Assembly (NCBI RefSeq): GCF_963676685.1
Contig: NC_092355.1
Coordinates: 50,096,001 to 50,160,000, forward strand
Reading direction: 5' to 3'
Origin: Mytilus edulis
Taxonomy: Eukaryota
DNA length: 64,000 bases
The translations under genes were made by a program, and so were the position numbers. The notes below the pieces were generated by a model. It made no database searches and had not been told where the DNA came from. It worked only from the letters and a program-made list of their open reading frames with translations. Position 1 is the first letter of the stretch, and every line of letters begins with the position of its first letter. Of this stretch, positions 12,877 to 22,958 are shown one piece after another.

Positions 12877-13495
12877 TCAATTACCCAGAGTTGCTGATGT
12901 TACTGTGTCTTTCAAGTTTTTATGCATACGGAAAGCAAACAGAGGTCTTTTATCAAATAAAATAAAATGTTTGCCTCTTCGTCATCCTTCAATGTATCCC
13001 ATTGATTTAAGATATTGTTCTTTACGTGTGATTTCTGTCTTGAAAACACTGTTGAGAATACCAAGGGAGGCCACTGTAATACAGATTTGGGCTTTACCAT
13101 TAATGTGTCTTTTCTTTGTTTTGCAGTCACTTCCTGCATAACCGGTTCATATCCAGATTTTGTTAAAAAAGGGATGACGTTTAAAAATTTCACCCTTGTC
13201 AAAATGATATTTACATCTTAGTTTTCTTGCAAATTCATTGAAATCTGATGCAATACTAGATTTTGCAAATTTGGTCGAGGGAGACGGTAGATATTTTAAT
13301 CCTATACTGAGTAACAAAATCTCATCGTCTTTTATTTTTTCAGTGGTGAATATTTTAACATATTCACGTGCTTTTTCAATTGATTTTTTTCCTCTTGAGA
13401 GAGCGAATCTATATCTTTCTATTTTCTGATAGAAGGCCTTTTTCATGATAGCCTTTTTTGTTTTTTTCGCTCTCTTAAAGTGTCTGTTAGCCATG
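12877..13495 (-). pseudogene. internally deleted PLE ORF, copy 2
   Basis: Same as 10804-11422, offset 2073. Confidence 0.85.
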
Positions 13496-14730
13496 CTTAC
13501 AGATCGGAGGAAATCGCCAGAAGGCAGTGTGCAATTCATTTCTTGATGTTATATTGATTCTTTATCAAGCCTGTATGAACTCACCAACCAATCAGATATC
13601 AGTTACTCATTAGGAAACTAAATAAGGGGAAGAGGAGAACATCCCTCCTAGACATTGCAACCAATCACCATTCATTGCTTTATAAACTAACACGTTTACC
13701 AGATGCATTTTGACAATTTGACTTTTTAATTTATCAGACAATCAAAAAGCATACATTTTTGTTTTGCAAATCTCAGCACTTTCTTATCAACTTATTCCTC
13801 TCACTAAAAATCTCTGACGTATTGGTTTTTACATTTACTTTCCTTGTATTATCATGTATGTATTACAACTTTAACATGAAATTGACATAATTAATCAACC
13901 CTTTAACCTTTCGGTATAGATATTTTTCCAATTTAATATCTATTTTGACAGAAATGAAAAACACATTATCAATGCACTATTGCTATTGCCGATAATAACC
14001 GTTGCATTTAATTATAACGTATTAATTATGACCACTTATCGTAAACAAATATCAAAAATTATCTTTGATGGTTTTATTTCTCAACTTTAAATAAAGATAT
14101 ATTTGTAAACATTTGTTTATCATCATAATTACATTGGGTTCATTGATAAACTAACCTTCTTTGTTCTGCTCTATCAATTATCTATAAATTAAGCGTAACT
14201 CAAGAACTGATAAGATATTACACTTTTATTTACACACTTTACAGCTGTTTGTCAAAAAACATCACTAACGAAGTGTATAGGCACACGTTACATGTTTTAT
14301 CTTCTTCCAATGACTTATCTGATGTTACACAGTTCAGTTAAATCATATCCATCGCTAGTTGCATTTATGTAATTCAAGTTTGTTTATAAAACTGTATAAA
14401 ATATAAAGCCATAACAGATCACTTGTGGGACTGCCCTTAAAGTGTCAGATTGCAATTTGAGACGATGTGGGTAAAACCCCAATTTTTTAGCATTGCTGAT
14501 GATAGATATTTCCTCCAGTGAATAAGCAAATACAGGAAATTGCAGCAGTGTTCAAAATGCACCAAATAACCACTTTATTGTGGTACGAGGAGATCATAAA
14601 GTCAACAAGATGTCAACTAAACAATTCTCAGGCTGACAGCGTGATAATAGCTCAAATATTTCAATAAATCGTTGTCAAAGCCTATCCCAGCACCCCAACT
14701 CCATAGTTTATCAATGTCTGTATGAACTCA

Positions 14731-15957
14731 CCAAAAATTCACCGTCTTGAAACAGAGACGTTTAAACAAATACAACATGATGGATTAAATGAATTAAATA
14801 TAATTCCACCTGGCAGACCAATTATATCACAGTGTGGTTCTGTAACTGAACTTATAGGTCATTACGTTGACTATTTTCTTATACCAATAGTTCAAAATCA
14901 GTCTACATATATAAAAGATACTACATCGTTCATTAATATCATTGAGAAATTAAAACCTATGGCAAACAGCCTTTTGGTTTCATATGATATAACACAGATG
15001 TTTACTAATCTACCTCAAGAAGCGTTATTGAGTGCGGTTGAACGAGCCTATGACAGTTTTGACAAATCAAACTTCAAAGTCAATGCTCCGCCAGTCAATG
15101 TATTAATACATTTGTTGAGAATTATTTTAGAAAACAATGTATTTGAATTTGATGGGAAAATTTACAAACAAGTAATAGGTACGGCAATTGGTGCAGTTCC
15201 TTCACCGGAAATCTGTGACATACTTATGTTTGAAATAATGAATCAAATTATTTCTGCATTTCAATATAAAGACAAAATATTCTATCATGGCAGATATAGA
15301 GACGATGGATTCATAATATATGATGGAACATCAGATGAAATTATAGATTTTTTTCGTCTAGCAAATGATTATAACCCCTTATTAAAGTTCACCTATGAAA
15401 TCAAAAACGATAAAATGTCGTTCTTGGATGTTGATGTAATTAAAGGTCAAAGATTTACAACATATGGCATTCTTGACCTCGAAATACATTTTAAAGAAAC
15501 AAATTCTTATCTGTTTCTGCACAGAAATAGCTGTCACTCACAGCATGTATTCAGAGGATTTATTAAAGGTGAAGCAATACGGCAAATTAGAAATACAAGT
15601 GATCATAACAAATTAATAAACAATCTAACTAATTTCAAAGTGAAATTATTAGATAGGGGTTATGATAACGTGGAAATAGATGATAGTATTACTGATGCTT
15701 TATCAATTGACCGTACTGATTTATTACAACAAAACAAATCTAAAGAGAAGCAAAGTATTCCGTTAGTTTTAATAACTAAATATAATCCATATATACGTAA
15801 AATAAAGAAACGTATAATGAAACACTGGCATTTATTACAGTTCGACGAAGACTGTGTACAAATATTCAATACAGCACCAATAGTTGCGTATAGCAAACAT
15901 AAAAGTATTGGAGATATGCTTAGTAGATCAAAGTTAAAGACTTTAACATTAAATTGA
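14731..15957 (+). pseudogene. 5'-truncated copy of the PLE RT ORF
   Basis: Identical to the C-terminal ~408 aa of the full ORF; the ATG at 14722 lies in junction filler sequence. Confidence 0.85.
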
Positions 15958-15962
15958 CAGTT

Positions 15963-16136
15963 GGACCCCTGATGATGGTAGATCTGTCATAATAACTAGA
16001 TATTTTGAAGAAGAATTAAAATATAAATATATCAATATGATAATTTTCATATTAGATTATATTCAAATAATGCATCTTAAAATGACCATCCCAAGCTTAA
16101 CTACCGAAACACGAAATTGATATTTGTGTCGGGTCC
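15963..16136 (+). ncRNA. type I hammerhead ribozyme with 119-nt loop II insert (unit A copy 1)
   Basis: GGACCC-CTGATGA-T-GGTAG-[119 nt]-CTACC-GAAAC-ACGAAATTGATATTTGT-GTC-GGGTCC; all three stems pair; predicted cleavage after C16130. Confidence 0.88.
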
Positions 16137-16566
16137 TATCAGCAATATGGGATGCGTGGTTGCATGGGTGTTTTATTATAACAAAATGTATTCATGGACG
16201 GCTGTCCTACTGCACCTTACCGAGAATCGTTTTCTGCATGGAGAATGATCCGCATTTCCTGTTTGATGGGATACGTATATGGTGTTAATTTATTGTTCCG
16301 GTGGACAAAGCTTTTAGCCTTGAGTTGAAAATACTTCATGACATGATTTACTTTGAAAAGTTCCACAAAACAATGTGACTCATTTATACATCATCAACAC
16401 GGACAATTTATCACTGCTATCTTATCCCCGCCTATCAACCCACGTGAATTTGGGCGGATCTTCTTTCAAGGTTTATAACATGTGTAAATCTAAAAATTCT
16501 TCAGCCACCCAATGTGAGCTCAACAAAGGCACGTAGCTAAGAGAATCACCCAATGTGAACTCAAAA

Positions 16567-18516
16567 ATGGCACGTCGTTTTAATAGAAATGCTAAAAAGC
16601 AAAAATTCCGATTCTACAATAAAAAAGAACGGAATAAATACAATATGCAGCAAAGAACTGCACATGCAAAAAAGCATGTAATTAATCTATCAAAACGCAG
16701 ATTATCAAATCAGGAATATATCCTGTTGGCGAAAGGCTTGAAATTTATACCAACGCCATCAAGCAAAAATGCAAAAATGTCTATACTAAAAGACTACAAT
16801 GAATTTGCTAGAAAATTACGATGTCGGTATATGTTCAGTCAAGAAAAAACTGACCTTCATCCATTTCGTAGCAATACAGGATATAAACCTGCCTCTACGT
16901 GCCATACGTTGGAAAATTATATAGATTTAACCAAGCTTGAATTGTCTTTTCTACCAATAGAAAGAAATGTAAAAAACAATCTTACTAAAGGCGAAAGAAT
17001 AGCGCTACGCAATTTGAAAAATGATGAAACAATAGTAATAAAAAAGGCAGATAAAAATTCAAATTGTGTTATTTTAGACAGGCTAGACTACATAACAGAA
17101 GTCACAAGACAACTAAATACTCAACATTACTGCCAATTAGATTCATTTAACATGGCAGAACTGAAAATCCAGGTCATTGAGTATATTAAATCATTATACG
17201 ACCAAGGCATAATCGACAAAATATCATTTAAATTTTTAACAAATGGTCAAAAATTAAGAGATGCACGATTAGGGAGAATTTATATTCTCCCAAAAATTCA
17301 CCGTCTTGAAACAGAGACGTTTAAACAAATACAACATGATGGATTAAATGAATTAAATATAATTCCACCTGGCAGACCAATTATATCACAGTGTGGTTCT
17401 GTAACTGAACTTATAGGTCATTACGTTGACTATTTTCTTATACCAATAGTTCAAAATCAGTCTACATATATAAAAGATACTACATCGTTCATTAATATCA
17501 TTGAGAAATTAAAACCTATGGCAAACAGCCTTTTGGTTTCATATGATATAACACAGATGTTTACTAATCTACCTCAAGAAGCGTTATTGAGTGCGGTTGA
17601 ACGAGCCTATGACAGTTTTGACAAATCAAACTTCAAAGTCAATGCTCCGCCAGTCAATGTATTAATACATTTGTTGAGAATTATTTTAGAAAACAATGTA
17701 TTTGAATTTGATGGGAAAATTTACAAACAAGTAATAGGTACGGCAATTGGTGCAGTTCCTTCACCGGAAATCTGTGACATACTTATGTTTGAAATAATGA
17801 ATCAAATTATTTCTGCATTTCAATATAAAGACAAAATATTCTATCATGGCAGATATAGAGACGATGGATTCATAATATATGATGGAACATCAGATGAAAT
17901 TATAGATTTTTTTCGTCTAGCAAATGATTATAACCCCTTATTAAAGTTCACCTATGAAATCAAAAACGATAAAATGTCGTTCTTGGATGTTGATGTAATT
18001 AAAGGTCAAAGATTTACAACATATGGCATTCTTGACCTCGAAATACATTTTAAAGAAACAAATTCTTATCTGTTTCTGCACAGAAATAGCTGTCACTCAC
18101 AGCATGTATTCAGAGGATTTATTAAAGGTGAAGCAATACGGCAAATTAGAAATACAAGTGATCATAACAAATTAATAAACAATCTAACTAATTTCAAAGT
18201 GAAATTATTAGATAGGGGTTATGATAACGTGGAAATAGATGATAGTATTACTGATGCTTTATCAATTGACCGTACTGATTTATTACAACAAAACAAATCT
18301 AAAGAGAAGCAAAGTATTCCGTTAGTTTTAATAACTAAATATAATCCATATATACGTAAAATAAAGAAACGTATAATGAAACACTGGCATTTATTACAGT
18401 TCGACGAAGACTGTGTACAAATATTCAATACAGCACCAATAGTTGCGTATAGCAAACATAAAAGTATTGGAGATATGCTTAGTAGATCAAAGTTAAAGAC
18501 TTTAACATTAAATTGA
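16567..18516 (+). CDS. Penelope-like reverse transcriptase, 649 aa, no GIY-YIG domain
   Basis: First ATG at 16567; PLE N-terminal motifs VINLS...LAKGLKFIP, KKADK, LPKIH, PGRPIIS; RT motifs YDITQMFTNL, QVIGTAIG, RYRDDG, FLDV; ends at PIVAYSKHKSIGDML, where the endonuclease linker normally begins. Confidence 0.93.
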   Translation: MARRFNRNAKKQKFRFYNKKERNKYNMQQRTAHAKKHVINLSKRRLSNQEYILLAKGLKFIPTPSSKNAKMSILKDYNEFARKLRCRYMFSQEKTDLHPFRSNTGYKPASTCHTLENYIDLTKLELSFLPIERNVKNNLTKGERIALRNLKNDETIVIKKADKNSNCVILDRLDYITEVTRQLNTQHYCQLDSFNMAELKIQVIEYIKSLYDQGIIDKISFKFLTNGQKLRDARLGRIYILPKIHRLETETFKQIQHDGLNELNIIPPGRPIISQCGSVTELIGHYVDYFLIPIVQNQSTYIKDTTSFINIIEKLKPMANSLLVSYDITQMFTNLPQEALLSAVERAYDSFDKSNFKVNAPPVNVLIHLLRIILENNVFEFDGKIYKQVIGTAIGAVPSPEICDILMFEIMNQIISAFQYKDKIFYHGRYRDDGFIIYDGTSDEIIDFFRLANDYNPLLKFTYEIKNDKMSFLDVDVIKGQRFTTYGILDLEIHFKETNSYLFLHRNSCHSQHVFRGFIKGEAIRQIRNTSDHNKLINNLTNFKVKLLDRGYDNVEIDDSITDALSIDRTDLLQQNKSKEKQSIPLVLITKYNPYIRKIKKRIMKHWHLLQFDEDCVQIFNTAPIVAYSKHKSIGDMLSRSKLKTLTLN

Positions 18517-18521
18517 CAGTT

Positions 18522-18695
18522 GGACCCCTGATGATGGTAGATCTGTCATAATAACTAGATATTTTGAAGAAGAATTAAAATATAAATATATCAATATGAT
18601 AATTTTCATATTAGATTATATTCAAATAATGCATCTTAAAATGACCATCCCAAGCTTAACTACCGAAACACGAAATTGATATTTGTGTCGGGTCC
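18522..18695 (+). ncRNA. type I hammerhead ribozyme (unit A copy 2)
   Basis: Same as 15963-16136, offset 2559. Confidence 0.88.
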
Positions 18696-19125
18696 TATCA
18701 GCAATATGGGATGCGTGGTTGCATGGGTGTTTTATTATAACAAAATGTATTCATGGACGGCTGTCCTACTGCACCTTACCGAGAATCGTTTTCTGCATGG
18801 AGAATGATCCGCATTTCCTGTTTGATGGGATACGTATATGGTGTTAATTTATTGTTCCGGTGGACAAAGCTTTTAGCCTTGAGTTGAAAATACTTCATGA
18901 CATGATTTACTTTGAAAAGTTCCACAAAACAATGTGACTCATTTATACATCATCAACACGGACAATTTATCACTGCTATCTTATCCCCGCCTATCAACCC
19001 ACGTGAATTTGGGCGGATCTTCTTTCAAGGTTTATAACATGTGTAAATCTAAAAATTCTTCAGCCACCCAATGTGAGCTCAACAAAGGCACGTAGCTAAG
19101 AGAATCACCCAATGTGAACTCAAAA

Positions 19126-21075
19126 ATGGCACGTCGTTTTAATAGAAATGCTAAAAAGCAAAAATTCCGATTCTACAATAAAAAAGAACGGAATAAATAC
19201 AATATGCAGCAAAGAACTGCACATGCAAAAAAGCATGTAATTAATCTATCAAAACGCAGATTATCAAATCAGGAATATATCCTGTTGGCGAAAGGCTTGA
19301 AATTTATACCAACGCCATCAAGCAAAAATGCAAAAATGTCTATACTAAAAGACTACAATGAATTTGCTAGAAAATTACGATGTCGGTATATGTTCAGTCA
19401 AGAAAAAACTGACCTTCATCCATTTCGTAGCAATACAGGATATAAACCTGCCTCTACGTGCCATACGTTGGAAAATTATATAGATTTAACCAAGCTTGAA
19501 TTGTCTTTTCTACCAATAGAAAGAAATGTAAAAAACAATCTTACTAAAGGCGAAAGAATAGCGCTACGCAATTTGAAAAATGATGAAACAATAGTAATAA
19601 AAAAGGCAGATAAAAATTCAAATTGTGTTATTTTAGACAGGCTAGACTACATAACAGAAGTCACAAGACAACTAAATACTCAACATTACTGCCAATTAGA
19701 TTCATTTAACATGGCAGAACTGAAAATCCAGGTCATTGAGTATATTAAATCATTATACGACCAAGGCATAATCGACAAAATATCATTTAAATTTTTAACA
19801 AATGGTCAAAAATTAAGAGATGCACGATTAGGGAGAATTTATATTCTCCCAAAAATTCACCGTCTTGAAACAGAGACGTTTAAACAAATACAACATGATG
19901 GATTAAATGAATTAAATATAATTCCACCTGGCAGACCAATTATATCACAGTGTGGTTCTGTAACTGAACTTATAGGTCATTACGTTGACTATTTTCTTAT
20001 ACCAATAGTTCAAAATCAGTCTACATATATAAAAGATACTACATCGTTCATTAATATCATTGAGAAATTAAAACCTATGGCAAACAGCCTTTTGGTTTCA
20101 TATGATATAACACAGATGTTTACTAATCTACCTCAAGAAGCGTTATTGAGTGCGGTTGAACGAGCCTATGACAGTTTTGACAAATCAAACTTCAAAGTCA
20201 ATGCTCCGCCAGTCAATGTATTAATACATTTGTTGAGAATTATTTTAGAAAACAATGTATTTGAATTTGATGGGAAAATTTACAAACAAGTAATAGGTAC
20301 GGCAATTGGTGCAGTTCCTTCACCGGAAATCTGTGACATACTTATGTTTGAAATAATGAATCAAATTATTTCTGCATTTCAATATAAAGACAAAATATTC
20401 TATCATGGCAGATATAGAGACGATGGATTCATAATATATGATGGAACATCAGATGAAATTATAGATTTTTTTCGTCTAGCAAATGATTATAACCCCTTAT
20501 TAAAGTTCACCTATGAAATCAAAAACGATAAAATGTCGTTCTTGGATGTTGATGTAATTAAAGGTCAAAGATTTACAACATATGGCATTCTTGACCTCGA
20601 AATACATTTTAAAGAAACAAATTCTTATCTGTTTCTGCACAGAAATAGCTGTCACTCACAGCATGTATTCAGAGGATTTATTAAAGGTGAAGCAATACGG
20701 CAAATTAGAAATACAAGTGATCATAACAAATTAATAAACAATCTAACTAATTTCAAAGTGAAATTATTAGATAGGGGTTATGATAACGTGGAAATAGATG
20801 ATAGTATTACTGATGCTTTATCAATTGACCGTACTGATTTATTACAACAAAACAAATCTAAAGAGAAGCAAAGTATTCCGTTAGTTTTAATAACTAAATA
20901 TAATCCATATATACGTAAAATAAAGAAACGTATAATGAAACACTGGCATTTATTACAGTTCGACGAAGACTGTGTACAAATATTCAATACAGCACCAATA
21001 GTTGCGTATAGCAAACATAAAAGTATTGGAGATATGCTTAGTAGATCAAAGTTAAAGACTTTAACATTAAATTGA
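19126..21075 (+). CDS. Penelope-like reverse transcriptase, 649 aa, second full copy
   Basis: Translation identical to 16567-18516. Confidence 0.93.
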   Translation: MARRFNRNAKKQKFRFYNKKERNKYNMQQRTAHAKKHVINLSKRRLSNQEYILLAKGLKFIPTPSSKNAKMSILKDYNEFARKLRCRYMFSQEKTDLHPFRSNTGYKPASTCHTLENYIDLTKLELSFLPIERNVKNNLTKGERIALRNLKNDETIVIKKADKNSNCVILDRLDYITEVTRQLNTQHYCQLDSFNMAELKIQVIEYIKSLYDQGIIDKISFKFLTNGQKLRDARLGRIYILPKIHRLETETFKQIQHDGLNELNIIPPGRPIISQCGSVTELIGHYVDYFLIPIVQNQSTYIKDTTSFINIIEKLKPMANSLLVSYDITQMFTNLPQEALLSAVERAYDSFDKSNFKVNAPPVNVLIHLLRIILENNVFEFDGKIYKQVIGTAIGAVPSPEICDILMFEIMNQIISAFQYKDKIFYHGRYRDDGFIIYDGTSDEIIDFFRLANDYNPLLKFTYEIKNDKMSFLDVDVIKGQRFTTYGILDLEIHFKETNSYLFLHRNSCHSQHVFRGFIKGEAIRQIRNTSDHNKLINNLTNFKVKLLDRGYDNVEIDDSITDALSIDRTDLLQQNKSKEKQSIPLVLITKYNPYIRKIKKRIMKHWHLLQFDEDCVQIFNTAPIVAYSKHKSIGDMLSRSKLKTLTLN

Positions 21076-21080
21076 CAGTT

Positions 21081-21254
21081 GGACCCCTGATGATGGTAGA
21101 TCTGTCATAATAACTAGATATTTTGAAGAAGAATTAAAATATAAATATATCAATATGATAATTTTCATATTAGATTATATTCAAATAATGCATCTTAAAA
21201 TGACCATCCCAAGCTTAACTACCGAAACACGAAATTGATATTTGTGTCGGGTCC
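21081..21254 (+). ncRNA. type I hammerhead ribozyme (unit A copy 3)
   Basis: Same as 15963-16136, offset 5118. Confidence 0.88.
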
Positions 21255-22958
21255 TATCAGCAATATGGGATGCGTGGTTGCATGGGTGTTTTATTATAAC
21301 AAAATCGATTTCTCAAATGAATAACAAAAATATAAAGATATCAAGATTTGGTATGATTACCAAGGAGGCAACTTTCTTCCAGTGTTCAAATGAAATCAAT
21401 GTAAGCAATCAAACGAATCGTACGACCTTCAACAATTAGAAGACCTATAACGTATGGTCGGTTATTGAAGGCGCCGACATAAAAAAAAAATAGGAAACAA
21501 TGTAAACGATGAAACCAAAGGTCTAATTTATAACAAAATGAAATACAAATATTGTAGACATCAACAACAACAATTGAACTACAATCTCGGTGTCTTAAGA
21601 CAGGCAAAAACGAGGGTGACGGGATTGATAAAGCTTGTGTAAGAACAAACTGTTAAAACAGACATCGGGTTAACTCAAAAACTCGGCACGATAACTGTTG
21701 TATCCCTTTGTAATAATAGATTGTATGTGTCCAACTGATGTTATGGTAAACATAAACAATGTTCTCATTTTATGTTTTTTCATGACTTTTATTTATTATG
21801 TTAAAAAAAAAAAATACGATATAATTTAGATTATATGTGTTTGAATAATGATATCGAAAATGAAAACTACTTATCCTCTATACATATTGTATATTGTATT
21901 TGTGTTGATAAGAGTAGTACATGTATATTAACCAATCAAAAAGAGAAATATGACACAAAACTAGATCATATGTTCTCAATTGATGATCATGATGATGTAG
22001 AAATAGAAAACAGTGTAATATGTAATTTATCTTATATGTATGTTTATTCACAAAATACCAACAAAAACATATGTCTGAAAGAAACAGATAATTTTAAAAC
22101 AAGCATTAAACCAACAAAAAGAAAAAACTTTTATTCACTAGTTAACAAAATGAAACGATCACTAGTTCTACTATCCACGTCATTAGGCTGTATTTGTTTA
22201 ATTCGGTTCATCACCAAAATGCTTTTATTACACGTAAGCACTGATTGTACAAACAAATCTTCTATTTTCTGCAATTCAAACAAGGATAATCGGAAAATAT
22301 ACCAACCACTTCATATTCCTACGAAAATTGCAAATATGGTACGCAACTACATGTAGTATATCACCAAATACCGCATCACAAACAGGAAGTACGAAACGAA
22401 TTGCACTCATATATTTTTGCACCATACTATCAAGACACACATATTCCACAACCAGCTATGCTAATCTTTTTGACGCAGTATATTCACTTGAAGTACAGAT
22501 CCATATCTTATTAAAACACATGATACACACATGTACAGCAGCGTTAAGTGAACATTTAAAAATCTCCAAAGAATTCTACACAAAAAGATATCATTTCCAG
22601 GTTCAAATGTATGGAAAATTTAAGACGTCATCAAAAACTGTTGAGAATATATTTCATTTGACCACAGTTATAATGTTGATGAGCACTCGAACACTCCTTA
22701 TTGAACAATTCAAATATCTGAAAATAGAAAAAGTAATTTCTGAAAATCAAGCTCCGATATACATACAGGCACAAGTACAAAACTGTATTATTGTAAAAAA
22801 CACATATTATAATGATACATATATATTATATATACTCATGCATTACTACTATTATACGTTTAGTCATAGTTGTATTGTATACAACAACTTAAAACAGTTT
22901 GTTATGATGTATATCTCTGTAGTAATCTTTGCTAATACATGTATAGTTCATTATTTAG

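Larger units (their letters stand above)
10510..14706 (-). mobile_element. PLE unit B: non-autonomous Penelope-like element, 2073-bp unit x 2.02 tandem copies
   Basis: Period 2073 (ORFs 10832/12905, 11074/13147 give identical translations); encodes N- and C-terminal segments homologous to the unit A protein; carries a hammerhead. Confidence 0.9.
14731..21305 (+). mobile_element. PLE unit A: endonuclease-lacking Penelope-like retroelement, 2559-bp unit x 2.57 tandem copies, 5'-truncated first copy
   Basis: Period 2559 (ORFs 16555/19114 identical); array starts at CCAAAAATTCACCG (14731) and departs from the unit after ...TTATAACAAAAT (21305); no TSD seen. Confidence 0.93.

Noticed and set aside
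14722-15957. 411-aa ORF as an independent gene
   Set aside because: ATG comes from junction filler; the rest is a truncated unit A ORF
15955-15985. Selenocysteine/TGA read-through of the RT ORF into an endonuclease, as in Naiad PLEs
   Set aside because: TGA is followed within 8 codons by TGA TGA and TAG, and the sequence is the ribozyme core
10495-21320. Target-site duplication or telomeric repeats around the PLE composite
   Set aside because: Flanks (CCAAACATG / CGATTTCTC) do not match and contain no TTAGGG
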